From assembly GCA_964483105.1 (NCBI GenBank), contig CAYZZU010000006.1, forward strand, positions 16,589-80,588: a stretch of DNA of 64,000 nucleotides, given 5' to 3'. Origin of the DNA: an uncultured Nitrospirota bacterium. GTDB lineage: Bacteria; CG2-30-53-67. The notes beneath the pieces were generated by a model that saw only the letters and a list, made by a program, of their open reading frames with translations, had not been told where the DNA came from and did no database searches. How positions within the stretch are numbered: position 1 is the first letter of the stretch; the number at the start of each line of letters is the position of its first letter. A program made the translations under genes and the position numbers. Positions 17,821-27,241 of this stretch are shown piece by piece.

Positions 17821-18423
17821 TCACCTGTCCAGGCTTTGGGGAGATTGAAAATTCTGAAATCGGCAAAAGGCATTGAGGACCAGACTGTGTGTAATCTGTT
17901 CCTCCCGGATCAAAGTGGGAATCTGCTCCAGGGGGATCAACTGGATGTCGATATCCTCACCGGGGTCCAGGTTTTGCCCACAGGTCTTTCGGACATCGGT
18001 GGCCAGGAAGAAGTGGCATCGGTTGTTCATGATTGCCGGGTTGGGATGTACCGAACCGAGGGAAACGATTCGTCCGCCTTCATATCCGGTTTCCTCTTTC
18101 AGTTCCCGTGTGGCGGCCTCCAGCGGGGATTCGTCCGAAGCATTCACCAGCCCTCCGGGTACCTCCAGGGTGAAGCTCCGTATTCCCGCGCGGAATTGGC
18201 GGATCATGACCACATGGTTGTCGGGAGTGAGAGGGACGATATTGACCCAGTCTGAAGTTTGCAGAACGAAGAAAGGGTAGGGCCTTCCCGTGCGTGGTGA
18301 GAGGTAGGTCTCCAGCATCAGGTCGAAGACCGGATAGCTCTTGATGCACTCTTTCTTGATCGGTTCCCATTTACGCATGTTCCTCAGGATCCTTTCTGTT
18401 CGACATGCGCGATACCTTATCAT
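17821..18423 (-). CDS. NUDIX hydrolase (ADP-ribose pyrophosphatase-like)
   Basis: Nudix box GGLVNASDESPLEAATRELKEETGY. Start set at the internal ATG (the ORF track opens at a TTG at 18441). Confidence 0.75.
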   Translation of the reverse strand: MIRYRACRTERILRNMRKWEPIKKECIKSYPVFDLMLETYLSPRTGRPYPFFVLQTSDWVNIVPLTPDNHVVMIRQFRAGIRSFTLEVPGGLVNASDESPLEAATRELKEETGYEGGRIVSLGSVHPNPAIMNNRCHFFLATDVRKTCGQNLDPGEDIDIQLIPLEQIPTLIREEQITHSLVLNAFCRFQNFQSPQSLDR

Positions 18424-18507
18424 GAGTTCCGGAGGGTACAAAGCGTTTTTTCCAAGTTATTCCTTTTCAGTTGATTCGGAAAGGGGCCAGGGAGAGGAGG
18501 CGACCCG

Positions 18508-19035
18508 GTGAAACAACGAAATCTCTGGTTTTCGGGATTGCTTTTCTTCGCGATCACCTGGGCGGGAGGAGAGGCTATGGCTTTCGAAATGAGAAGCACT
18601 GCGTTTCAGAACGGAGGACAGATCCCATCCCTTTATACCTGTGACGGTGAGAACCGGTCTCCTTCACTGTCCTGGTCAGATCCGCCGGAGGGAACCCGGT
18701 CGTTTGCCCTGATTTGCGATGATCCTGATGCCCCGGTTGGTGTCTGGGTCCACTGGGTGGTCTACAACATTCCGCCCGACAAGAGAGGAATTCCGGAGGC
18801 CTTTCCATCGGACGGGATCCTTCCCGACGGGACCCTTCAGGGAGTGACGGATTTTCGCCGTACCGGATATGGGGGTCCCTGCCCCCCCGGAGGTAGCCAC
18901 CGGTACTATTTTAAATTGTACGCGCTGGACACGGTTCTGAGCCTTCCGCCCGGAGCCACCAAGCGGGAACTCCTTTCCAACATGAAAGGACATACGATTG
19001 GAGAGGCTGTGCTGATGGGAACGTATAAAAGGTAG
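18508..19035 (+). CDS. YbhB/YbcL family phosphatidylethanolamine-binding (PEBP/Raf kinase inhibitor-like) protein, secreted
   Basis: Signal peptide, then the conserved PEBP block FALICDDPDAPVGVWVHWVVYNIP...GPCPPGGSHRYYFKLYALD. Confidence 0.8.
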   Translation: MKQRNLWFSGLLFFAITWAGGEAMAFEMRSTAFQNGGQIPSLYTCDGENRSPSLSWSDPPEGTRSFALICDDPDAPVGVWVHWVVYNIPPDKRGIPEAFPSDGILPDGTLQGVTDFRRTGYGGPCPPGGSHRYYFKLYALDTVLSLPPGATKRELLSNMKGHTIGEAVLMGTYKR

Positions 19036-19042
19036 GTAAAAA

Positions 19043-19576
19043 ATGATGAAATTTTCGGGGAAAAAAGTGGTTTTCCCGGCCCTGATTTTTCTGGCGATTC
19101 TTCTGGCGGTCGCGGTTCGGGAGCTTCGGCACGACAGGATGGCGGGGCCGACAAAGAACAGGAAGTTGGCTCCGGATATTGTTGTGAAAGATTTGGACGG
19201 GCATTCAGTGCGTCTTTCCGATTATCGGGGGAAGCTGGTTTTTCTGAATTTCTGGGCCACCTGGTGCCCCTCATGTCGGGAAGAGATGCCTTCCATGGAA
19301 CGGCTCAACCAGTCCATGAAAGGCCGTCCCTTCCAGATGCTTTCTGTAAGTATTGATGACACGCTGGAGGACATTCTCCGATTCCGGAAGACCTTGGGGT
19401 ATACTTTCCCCATGTTTCTGGATCCGGATCATAAGGCAGCCGCGCTTTATCAAATCACGGGGATTCCAGAGACCTTTTTGATCGCTCCTGATGGAACGTT
19501 GTTACAAAGGGTGATCGGTCCGGAAGACTGGGCAAAAGATGATGTCATTGCGGCGATTGAGAAGCTCCTTCCATAG
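19043..19576 (+). CDS. TlpA/ResA-like thiol-disulfide oxidoreductase (thioredoxin fold, membrane-anchored)
   Basis: N-terminal anchor plus WATWCPSCREEMP CxxC motif, typical of the TlpA/AhpC-TSA family. Confidence 0.75.
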   Translation: MMKFSGKKVVFPALIFLAILLAVAVRELRHDRMAGPTKNRKLAPDIVVKDLDGHSVRLSDYRGKLVFLNFWATWCPSCREEMPSMERLNQSMKGRPFQMLSVSIDDTLEDILRFRKTLGYTFPMFLDPDHKAAALYQITGIPETFLIAPDGTLLQRVIGPEDWAKDDVIAAIEKLLP

Positions 19577-19660
19577 GATTGATTACGGTCCCCTTGCCGG
19601 GATGTCTTGGCGAAATCTCCCAACCTGCCGATTTATTTAGGAAAACCTGGTTTTTTACCC

Positions 19661-19689
19661 TTGACACCAAATTGCGGGTATGCTAACTT
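19661..19689 (+). promoter_or_regulatory. Candidate sigma70 promoter (TTGACA - 17 nt - TAACTT) for the ihf gene
   Basis: Perfect -35 hexamer in the intergenic region, followed by a long 5' UTR. Confidence 0.35.
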
Positions 19690-19801
19690 GTTAGAAAACA
19701 AAGAGTTTACTGTAATCCTGCCGGTTTTCGGGACAGAACGAAAATATCCGGAGTCTTCATTCAAGGAGGATCTTTCTGTCGGAATGGCAAAGGAGGACGA
19801 A

Positions 19802-20080
19802 ATGACCAAGGCGGAATTGGTGGAGACTGTTGTGGAAAATTTAAACGGGTTGACGAAGAAGCAGACGGAGGTCATAGTCAATACTATTTTTGAAAGCATC
19901 AAGGATGCCCTGGCTCGTGGTGACAAGGTCGAACTCAGAGGGTTCGGGAGCTTCAAAATCCGCCAGCGGCGTTCCAGGGAAGGACGAAACCCCAAGACAG
20001 GCGAAATGGTTGTGGTTCCTTCCAAGAGGGTTCCCTTTTTCAAGGCTGGGAAGGAATTGAAAAACCGGGTGGATAATTGA
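19802..20080 (+). CDS. ihf: Integration host factor subunit (HU/IHF family DNA-binding protein)
   Basis: MTKAELVETVVENLNGLTKKQTEVIVNTIFESIKDALARGDKVELRGFGSF...GRNPKTGE...FKAGKELK shows the IHF/HU fold signature; alpha versus beta not resolved. Confidence 0.85.
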   Translation: MTKAELVETVVENLNGLTKKQTEVIVNTIFESIKDALARGDKVELRGFGSFKIRQRRSREGRNPKTGEMVVVPSKRVPFFKAGKELKNRVDN

Positions 20081-20114
20081 AAAATCGATCGTGTTGGCTC
20101 ACTTTCTCCTCGCG

Positions 20115-20140
20115 AAACCCGGTGTCGATCGGGTTTCTTT
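20115..20140 (+). terminator. Rho-independent terminator (AAACCCG - 8-nt loop - CGGGTTT, then TTTCTTT)
   Basis: Hairpin plus T-rich tail 35 nt after the ihf stop. Confidence 0.55.
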
Positions 20141-20280
20141 CCTTCCGATCTCCACAAGGCTTCATGATTTTTTCTTGACTCGATATGAAATAAATGTTAT
20201 TTAGATATTCAAATACGATAGAAATCGAATAGTCAGATAGTTTGAGGTTTGATAACATTTCGTAAAAGGGGAGGTACACT

Positions 20281-20610
20281 GTGGGATCAGATAAAATTAT
20301 GGTGTTAACAGACCAGAATTTCCGGGATGCTGTAAAAAATTCTGAACATCCGATCTTAGTTGATTTCTGGGCTGAGTGGTGTGCCCCCTGCAGGATGATT
20401 GCCCCTTTGCTTGATGAAATCGCTGAAGAGTATGAAGGGCGCTTAACGGTCGGGAAGGTGAACGTGGACCAGAACCGGACGATTGCTTCTCAGTATGGTG
20501 TGATGTCGATCCCGACTCTGATGCTTTTCAAAGGGGGAGAGATCGTGGATCAGATGGTTGGAGCGCAACCCAAGGAAAACCTGCTGAAGGTGATTCAGTC
20601 GGCTCTGTAG
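20281..20610 (+). CDS. trxA: Thioredoxin
   Basis: WAEWCAPCRMIAP active site and full-length thioredoxin fold (109 aa). GTG start after a GGGGAGG RBS. Confidence 0.9.
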   Translation: MGSDKIMVLTDQNFRDAVKNSEHPILVDFWAEWCAPCRMIAPLLDEIAEEYEGRLTVGKVNVDQNRTIASQYGVMSIPTLMLFKGGEIVDQMVGAQPKENLLKVIQSAL

Positions 20611-20638
20611 GCCCCTCCTTTTTTCCCGCCGGGGAGTC

Positions 20639-20968
20639 ATGATGGATTTTGAGAATGTTGCAGAATTGCTTAAGATAATGGGCCATCCGACACGGCTGCG
20701 GATTCTCATGTATTTGAAGAATGAAAATAAGTGCGTTAAGAATATCTGGGAAAGTCTTGAACTTCCGCAGGCGAATGTTTCGCAACATCTGATTCTGATG
20801 AAGAACAAAGGGATTCTGGATTCGGAAAGAAAGGGCTCCCAGATCTGCTATTTTTTGAACAATGAGCATGTAATGAATATCCTGAACTATCTCGAGTCAC
20901 CGGCCAACGGACTCGGCAAGCCGCTCTCCGATCAGGCGTTCAAAAAACCGCATGAAAAAACATATTGA
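20639..20968 (+). CDS. ArsR/SmtB family transcriptional regulator
   Basis: HTH region HPTRLRILMYLKNENKCVKNIWESLELPQANVSQHLILMKNKGIL. Confidence 0.8.
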   Translation: MMDFENVAELLKIMGHPTRLRILMYLKNENKCVKNIWESLELPQANVSQHLILMKNKGILDSERKGSQICYFLNNEHVMNILNYLESPANGLGKPLSDQAFKKPHEKTY

Positions 20969-21405
20969 AATCTTCACCCTCGTTTCACTTCTCTGACTGA
21001 CCGGTCATTTCGCTTCATTCCCTCCGATCTGAAGCCGCCACCTCTGGTTGTGGACCCGGAGAGGTTCAACCGGTCTGTCTGCGTGTGACGCGCAGACAGG
21101 CACGGAGACACAGGTTCGGTTTGAGAACGTTTTGGTTCATCTCTGCGGTGTCAGGCTGTGTGACCGGGGGGCTTCAAAAGACCATCCGCGATGCAGGTGA
21201 CGAACCATGAAGCGGAATGGTACTTTTGATTCATCTTGTTCCCCTGGAATGGGTATGATATAGTTGGCCGCGAATTCTTCCGGCGGAATCTTCCACAAGT
21301 GGAATCCTCCACAAGAATCCGTTCCCGGGGATCGATGGATATAGTGATTCGTGGATTGTGATGGTTCCTGCGAATCGCTTGGAAAAACAGAACAGCGGAA
21401 AGGCA

Positions 21406-23004
21406 ATGGGGCGTAATCGCGAGATCGCGAGGGCGGCGGGGGTCATCGCCGGGGGAACACTGTTCAGCCGCTTATTGGGATATCTCCGGGATGTCATTAT
21501 CGCGAGTCTCTTCGGTGCAGGCCCGGCTACGGACGCCTTCATCGCGGCAGCCCGGATCCCGAATTATCTGCGGCGTCTCTTCGGGGAAGGGACTCTGAAC
21601 GCCTCCTTTGTTCCGGTGTTTACGGATTATCTGGAACGTCAATCGAAGGAGCAGGCGTGGGAACTCGCCCGCGTGGTGATTACCATCCTTTCATTTCTCC
21701 TGTTCCTGTTCGTCATTTTCGGGATGATCTTCGCCCCTCAAGTGGTCCGGCTGATTGCGCCGGGGTTTGTTCCAAACCCGGGAACCTTTTCCCTGACGGT
21801 ACTTTTGACACGAGTCACCTTCCCCTTCGCGCTTTTCGTCGGGTTGTCCGCTTCCTTCATGGGCATTCTGAACTCTCTGAAACACTTCGCGTCTCCCGCC
21901 ATTGCGCCCGCGCTTCTGAATATCATGATGATTCTTTGTGCCTTGACATTGACTCCCCATCTGTCTGTCCCTGTTCTGAGTCTTTCCATTGGGATGCTTC
22001 TGGGAGGATTTTGTCAATTGCTTCTTCAGATCCCTTTTTTGATCCGGAAGGGGTTTCGTTTCTTTGTGCGTTTTGACTGGAATCATCCCGGGATGCTAAG
22101 GGTCTTCCGCTTGATGGTTCCCGGGATCATCGGCCAGAGTGTGCTTCAGATCAATATCATTGTCGGAAATATTCTGGCGTCCTTCCTTCCCGCAGGAAGT
22201 ATCTCCTATCTTTTTTTCGCTGACCGACTGGTTCAGTTCCCCCTGGGGGTTTTTGGAATCTCGGCGGCTACTGCCATACTCCCCACGCTTTCAGCACATG
22301 CGGCTGAGAAAAAGATTCCGGATATGGTTGAGGCCCTTTCCAGGACCATGCGGATGGTTCTCTTCCTGATGATTCCTTCCATGATCGGGTTGATCTCTCT
22401 CCGGGTCCCGATTACAAGTGCCCTTTTTCAAAGAGGGAGTTTTCAGTATTCAGCGACGGTTTCAACTGCCTCCGCGCTGATGTATTATTCTTTCGGTTTG
22501 TGGGCCTTCGCCGAGGTCCGTGTGGTTGCGCAGACTTTTTATGCCCTGCAGGATACCTGGACGCCCATGAAAATCGGGGTTCTGGCCGTTTTGATCAACA
22601 TTCTTTTCAGCCTTGTGCTGATGGGGCCGCTGAAACATAACGGCCTGGCATTAGCGAACTCCCTTGCCTCCGTTTTGAATGTGGGGGCGCTCGTCTGGAT
22701 CCTGAGGACCCGGATCGGGCCGCTTCAGGGAAGGCGGTTTTTCCGTTCCTTCCTCAAGATCCTTCTGGCTTCCCTGGTGATGGGTGTTTGTGCCTATTAT
22801 GGTGCCGGTGTGGCCTTCTGGGATTTACCGGGACATCCCTTGACGAAGTTTCTCCATCTTGGACGGGGACTCCTTTTCGGAGTCCTCTCTTATCTGTTGA
22901 TGTGTTGGATTCTTCGTGTAGAGGAATTCAGAAGCGTCCGGATGTGGTTTGTGAAGAAAGGTGGGCTGGATGGCGGGGAAGAAAAGAAAACGACGGCGAA
23001 GTAA
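21406..23004 (+). CDS. murJ: Lipid II flippase MurJ (MviN)
   Basis: Conserved N-terminus IARAAGVIAGGTLFSRLLGYLRDVIIASLFGAGPATDAFIAAARIPNYLRRLFGEGTLNASFVPVF and about 14 TM segments. Confidence 0.9.
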   Translation: MGRNREIARAAGVIAGGTLFSRLLGYLRDVIIASLFGAGPATDAFIAAARIPNYLRRLFGEGTLNASFVPVFTDYLERQSKEQAWELARVVITILSFLLFLFVIFGMIFAPQVVRLIAPGFVPNPGTFSLTVLLTRVTFPFALFVGLSASFMGILNSLKHFASPAIAPALLNIMMILCALTLTPHLSVPVLSLSIGMLLGGFCQLLLQIPFLIRKGFRFFVRFDWNHPGMLRVFRLMVPGIIGQSVLQINIIVGNILASFLPAGSISYLFFADRLVQFPLGVFGISAATAILPTLSAHAAEKKIPDMVEALSRTMRMVLFLMIPSMIGLISLRVPITSALFQRGSFQYSATVSTASALMYYSFGLWAFAEVRVVAQTFYALQDTWTPMKIGVLAVLINILFSLVLMGPLKHNGLALANSLASVLNVGALVWILRTRIGPLQGRRFFRSFLKILLASLVMGVCAYYGAGVAFWDLPGHPLTKFLHLGRGLLFGVLSYLLMCWILRVEEFRSVRMWFVKKGGLDGGEEKKTTAK

Positions 23005-23992
23005 TCGGAACAGAAATTCACATCGGGCGCTCTGGGTTTCCCTTGTATCCGTTTTCGCAGTGCTTTTGGTCGCAGTTTCCATCCTCTTATACCTGGAGTT
23101 TCATAGAGAGCGTCTGCAGGATTGGCTGCGGAGCGTATCGGTTTCCTCTCTACGCACCACCCCACCGTCGGGGAACAGACGGTCCGATCTGGAAACGAAG
23201 AGGCGCTCTTTGCTCCGCTCTCCGCGGGGGGGAAAGGCCCCGGAGAGTCCCGGATCATCTTCCGGGAGAATCTTCCACGGGTCGCCGAAGGTGGCGATTA
23301 TCGTGGATGATATCGGGCAAAGCCTCGATCCGGTGAGGAAGCTTTTATCCATAGATCTCCCTTTGACGTTTTCCGTCCTTCCGGGACTCGAGAATACCGA
23401 ACGTGCCGTTCGGATGATTCATGGTCACCGGAGGGAAATCATGTTGCACCTTCCGATGGAACCCATCGATTATCCGAGGGAAAATCCAGGGAAACTGGCT
23501 TTGATGATTCGGATGGGTCCGGATGAAATCCGGATGCGCACGGAAGACCTGCTGCGTGAGTTTCCCTATCTGGACGGGGTGAACAATCACATGGGTTCCC
23601 GGTTCACGCAGGATCGGGAACGGATGGACATTGTGCTTCGGGAAATCCGGAACCGGGGTTTTTTCTTTGTGGACAGCTTGACCAGTCCGGAATCTGTGGC
23701 ATTGGAAGAGGCGCGGCGTCTGGGTGTCAGGAGCGGGCGAAGAGACATTTTCCTCGATCATGTGGATGATCGGCAGAGCGTGGACATCCAGATCGACCGG
23801 TTGATCGAATTGGCCAGGGAACGGGGATACGCCATTGCCATCGGCCATCCGCGGAAAAACACCATTCAGGTTCTCAAAGGTTCCGTGCAACGGTTTCGCT
23901 CGCGGGGCGTTCAGGTGGTTCCCGTCTCCCGTTTGATCACGCTCCTGTCCAGGGAAAGGGAGGAGAGAAGGAATGTTATGTCTCGGAATTGA
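22961..23992 (+). CDS. Divergent polysaccharide deacetylase family protein (YibQ-like)
   Basis: N-terminal basic/TM segment, then a domain with DDIGQSLDP...FSVLPG...HLPMEP...NHMGSRFT, typical of the YibQ/DUF610 family. Overlaps the murJ 3' end. Confidence 0.7.
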   Translation: MGWMAGKKRKRRRSNRNRNSHRALWVSLVSVFAVLLVAVSILLYLEFHRERLQDWLRSVSVSSLRTTPPSGNRRSDLETKRRSLLRSPRGGKAPESPGSSSGRIFHGSPKVAIIVDDIGQSLDPVRKLLSIDLPLTFSVLPGLENTERAVRMIHGHRREIMLHLPMEPIDYPRENPGKLALMIRMGPDEIRMRTEDLLREFPYLDGVNNHMGSRFTQDRERMDIVLREIRNRGFFFVDSLTSPESVALEEARRLGVRSGRRDIFLDHVDDRQSVDIQIDRLIELARERGYAIAIGHPRKNTIQVLKGSVQRFRSRGVQVVPVSRLITLLSREREERRNVMSRN

Positions 23993-25001
23993 ATCTTCCT
24001 GTGACGAGACCTCGGCCGCGGTCGTGGAAGACGGGTCCCGGATCCGTTCGAATCGGATTGCGTCCCAGATCCAGATACACAGCAAATATGGGGGTGTGGT
24101 CCCGGAACTGGCCTCCCGTCACCATGTGGAACAGATCTCTCAGGTGGTGGATTCCGCTCTGGATGAGGCAGGCGTCACCCTGCAGGATCTCGATCTGATC
24201 GGGGCGACCCGGGCTCCCGGACTGGTGGGGTCTCTGTTGGTCGGATTGTCCTATGCCAAGGCACTGGCCTTTGCTATGAATCTTCCCTTTGTGGGTGTTC
24301 ATCATATCGAGGGCCACATCCACGCGGTTTTTCTGGAGGAGCGGATCCCACATCCTTTTTTGTGCCTGGTGGTCTCGGGTGGGCATACTGAGCTGATCCG
24401 GGTCCAGGATTTCGGTCACTACAGAATTTTAGGGAGGACCCGGGATGATGCGGCCGGAGAGGCCTTCGACAAGGTTGCCAAGATGATGGGTCTCGGGTAT
24501 CCGGGTGGGCCGGTTCTTGACAGGCTGTCGGAGGAGGGGGACCCCGGTTTTGTGACCTTCCCACGTTCCATGATTTCTGAAGATTCTTTCGATTTCAGCT
24601 TCAGCGGGCTGAAAACGGCGGTCATGAATTTTCTTCTGAAAAACGGTTGGGGCCCGGAAGGGGAGGGCGCCGAAGCGTTGAGGGGGCATCTTCCGGACAT
24701 TGCTGCCGCGTTTCAGGATGCTGTGGTCGACGTCCTGGTCGCCAAGACGTCGCGGGCCATGAAACAGGAGAAGTTGTGCCGACTGGTTCTGGCGGGCGGT
24801 GTGGTTTCCAACCGTTTCTTAAGGCGGAGATTCAGTGAGGAGGCAAAACGGGCAGGTTACTCCCTTCACGTGCCTTCCCCGGTTCTCTGCACGGATAATG
24901 CCGCCATGATCGCAGCGGTCGCCTCCAGGTCTTATGAACGGGGGGTTCGGGATTCCCTGGATCTCAACGCGGTCGCTCATCTTCCTCTGGGGTCTTCGTG
25001 A
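23973..25001 (+). CDS. tsaD: tRNA N6-adenosine threonylcarbamoyltransferase TsaD
   Basis: MLCLGIESSCDETSAAVV start, HHxEGH motif (VHHIEGHIHAVF), Kae1/YgjD family. Confidence 0.9.
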   Translation: MLCLGIESSCDETSAAVVEDGSRIRSNRIASQIQIHSKYGGVVPELASRHHVEQISQVVDSALDEAGVTLQDLDLIGATRAPGLVGSLLVGLSYAKALAFAMNLPFVGVHHIEGHIHAVFLEERIPHPFLCLVVSGGHTELIRVQDFGHYRILGRTRDDAAGEAFDKVAKMMGLGYPGGPVLDRLSEEGDPGFVTFPRSMISEDSFDFSFSGLKTAVMNFLLKNGWGPEGEGAEALRGHLPDIAAAFQDAVVDVLVAKTSRAMKQEKLCRLVLAGGVVSNRFLRRRFSEEAKRAGYSLHVPSPVLCTDNAAMIAAVASRSYERGVRDSLDLNAVAHLPLGSS

Positions 25002-25055
25002 TCCCGGGAAAAACATCCGTTGACATCGGAAGAACCTTCAACGTAAACTGGCTGC

Positions 25056-26084
25056 ATGCAATCGGATCGAGTGTTGAAAATCGGGAGTCTTTCACTCGGC
25101 TTGGGACTGGTGCTTGCCCCGATCGCGGGTATCACCGGGGTCCCCTTCCGTTTGATCGCAAGGCGGAGCGGAGCGGATTTGGTCTTCACCGGGATGATCT
25201 CCTCCGCGGCCTTGGTCCGTTCCTTCAGGAAGTCCGGAACTGTCGACCTTGGAAATGCCGAAGCGAGGCCGGTTGCGGCTCAGATCTTCGGCGGCGATCC
25301 CCGTGAGATGGCAAAGAGCGCGGCCTGGCTTTCCGAGCGGGGGGTGGACCTGATCGACATCAATCTGGGATGTCCCGTGAAAAAAGTGGTGCGCTCCGGT
25401 TCGGGCGCGGCTCTGCTCCGGGATCTGCCGAGGGCCGAGGCCATTCTGCGTTCCGTGGTTCAGGCCAGCTCAAAACCGGTCACCGTAAAGTTCCGGTCCG
25501 GATGGGACGAAAAATCCTTGTGCGCGGTACGGATTGCACGGATCGCCGAGGATGCGGGCGTCTCAGCCGTTATCCTGCATCCCCGAACAAGAACTCAGGG
25601 GTTCCGGGGGAAGGCGAATTGGGAGCATATCCGAAGGGTTAAGGATGCCGTGAATATCCCTGTAATCGGAAACGGGGACATCCGTACGCCGGAAGACGCC
25701 CGGAGGATGCTGGATGAAACCGGATGTGACGGAATGATGATCGGCCGCGCGGCTCTGGGGGATCCATGGATTTTCGGCCGGATTCGTGATGTGCTGCTTC
25801 ACGGGGGAAGAGGTATGGCTCCGGACCCGGAAACCATTCGAAAGACCCTGCTTGAACATCTGGAGTTGGAGGTGAAGTTCTCAGGAGAAAAAAGGGGGGT
25901 TCTGCGAATGCGGAAGTTCGCGGCCTGGTATTCCAGAGGACTCCATGGAGCCACGGGATTTCGGGATCGTATCAACAAGATCGTATCTTATGATGATTTC
26001 CGTGAAGCGGTGGAGGTCTTCTTTCTGGGTGCTTCACGGCGAGGTGTTCAGCATGGAATTCTGAATACTGCGGCAGAAGGATGA
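25056..26084 (+). CDS. dusB: tRNA-dihydrouridine synthase DusB
   Basis: APIAGITGVPFRLI...INLGCPVKKV...GNGDIRTPEDARRMLDETGCDGMMIGRAALGDPWIF. Confidence 0.85.
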   Translation: MQSDRVLKIGSLSLGLGLVLAPIAGITGVPFRLIARRSGADLVFTGMISSAALVRSFRKSGTVDLGNAEARPVAAQIFGGDPREMAKSAAWLSERGVDLIDINLGCPVKKVVRSGSGAALLRDLPRAEAILRSVVQASSKPVTVKFRSGWDEKSLCAVRIARIAEDAGVSAVILHPRTRTQGFRGKANWEHIRRVKDAVNIPVIGNGDIRTPEDARRMLDETGCDGMMIGRAALGDPWIFGRIRDVLLHGGRGMAPDPETIRKTLLEHLELEVKFSGEKRGVLRMRKFAAWYSRGLHGATGFRDRINKIVSYDDFREAVEVFFLGASRRGVQHGILNTAAEG

Positions 26085-27241
26085 TGAGCGGAGAAAAAAG
26101 GTCCTCAAAACCTTCTCTGAAGGGTACGGGGAAGATGGAGGAATACTACGAGAACATCTTCAGCAGCCTGATCGACGGGATCGTGGTGGTCGACGCGGAG
26201 TTCAGGATCTCCACCTTTACGGTGGTCGCGGAGCAGATGACCGGTCTTCAGTCTGCTGCCGTCCTGAACCGTCCGATCTCGGAAATCTTCCCTGAAAACC
26301 CGGAACTCCATACCCTTCTTCAGAAGTCGATGCGTACGGGCAGAAGTTACTCGGATTCAAGCTTTTCTCTTCAAGGCTGCCTGGGAAAACGACGGGATGT
26401 CGGACTGGTCACATCGCCTCTCATCGACCTGAAGGGGCGATCCGTTGGAGGAGTGATCGTCTTTCGTGATCTTTCCAGGATGAGGGTGCTGGAAGAACGC
26501 CTTCGGAAGAGTGAACGTCTGGCCTCTCTCGGGATTCTCGCGGCAGGGATGGCACATGAGATCAAAAACCCCTTGGGGGGAATTCGCGGCGCCACGCAGT
26601 TGCTCCGGGATGAACTGGGAGAAGGAAATCCTCTTCGGGAAAATACGGATATTGTGGTTCGGGAAGTAGACCGGTTGAACAGGATCGTCCAGGAATTATT
26701 GGAATTTTCGAGGCCCCCACAGTTGGAACTCCGGGCGTTGAATGTCCACCAGGTGCTGGACCGGGTCATTTCCCTGACCCGTATGGAGAACGCCAACAGC
26801 CGGGTGTCGATGGTCCGGAACTTTGATCCGAGTCTTCCCGAAGTACGGGGAGATCCGGATCAGTTGACTCAGGTCTTTTTGAACCTTCTCCGGAATGGGA
26901 TTGAAGCCATGAATCACGAAGGAACTTTGAAGCTGACCACCAGGATGCTACCGGGGTACCATGTCCTGGGAGACGGAGGGGAGAAGATTCGGATGATTGC
27001 GGTGGACGTGGAGGATTCCGGAGGCGGAATTTCTGCGGAAGAAGTCGGGAGAATTTTTGACCCCTTCTATACCGGAAAAGCAGGTGGAGTGGGACTCGGG
27101 CTGGCCCTTTGTCATCGAATCATCGAGGAACATGGCGGAAAGATCGATGTGGGAAATACGACGCAAGGGGCTTGCTTCACAGTGATGCTTCCAATCGATA
27201 CAAATGACATGCACTTTCCGATCAGGGGGAACGATGTTTGA
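26081..27241 (+). CDS. Sensor histidine kinase (PAS + HisKA + HATPase; NtrB/AtoS-like, cytoplasmic)
   Basis: PAS-like N-region, H-box LGILAAGMAHEIKNPLGGIRG, N/G boxes (LLRNGIEAM, GGVGLGLALCHRIIEEHGGKI). ATGA overlap with dusB. Confidence 0.8.
   Translation: MMSGEKRSSKPSLKGTGKMEEYYENIFSSLIDGIVVVDAEFRISTFTVVAEQMTGLQSAAVLNRPISEIFPENPELHTLLQKSMRTGRSYSDSSFSLQGCLGKRRDVGLVTSPLIDLKGRSVGGVIVFRDLSRMRVLEERLRKSERLASLGILAAGMAHEIKNPLGGIRGATQLLRDELGEGNPLRENTDIVVREVDRLNRIVQELLEFSRPPQLELRALNVHQVLDRVISLTRMENANSRVSMVRNFDPSLPEVRGDPDQLTQVFLNLLRNGIEAMNHEGTLKLTTRMLPGYHVLGDGGEKIRMIAVDVEDSGGGISAEEVGRIFDPFYTGKAGGVGLGLALCHRIIEEHGGKIDVGNTTQGACFTVMLPIDTNDMHFPIRGNDV

Noticed and set aside
20969-21357. Minus-strand ORFs 21137..21406 and 21231..21542 in the arsR-murJ gap
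   Set aside because: The second overlaps the murJ start in antisense. Neither has an RBS or any family similarity. The gap is better explained by regulatory repeats, which are reported separately
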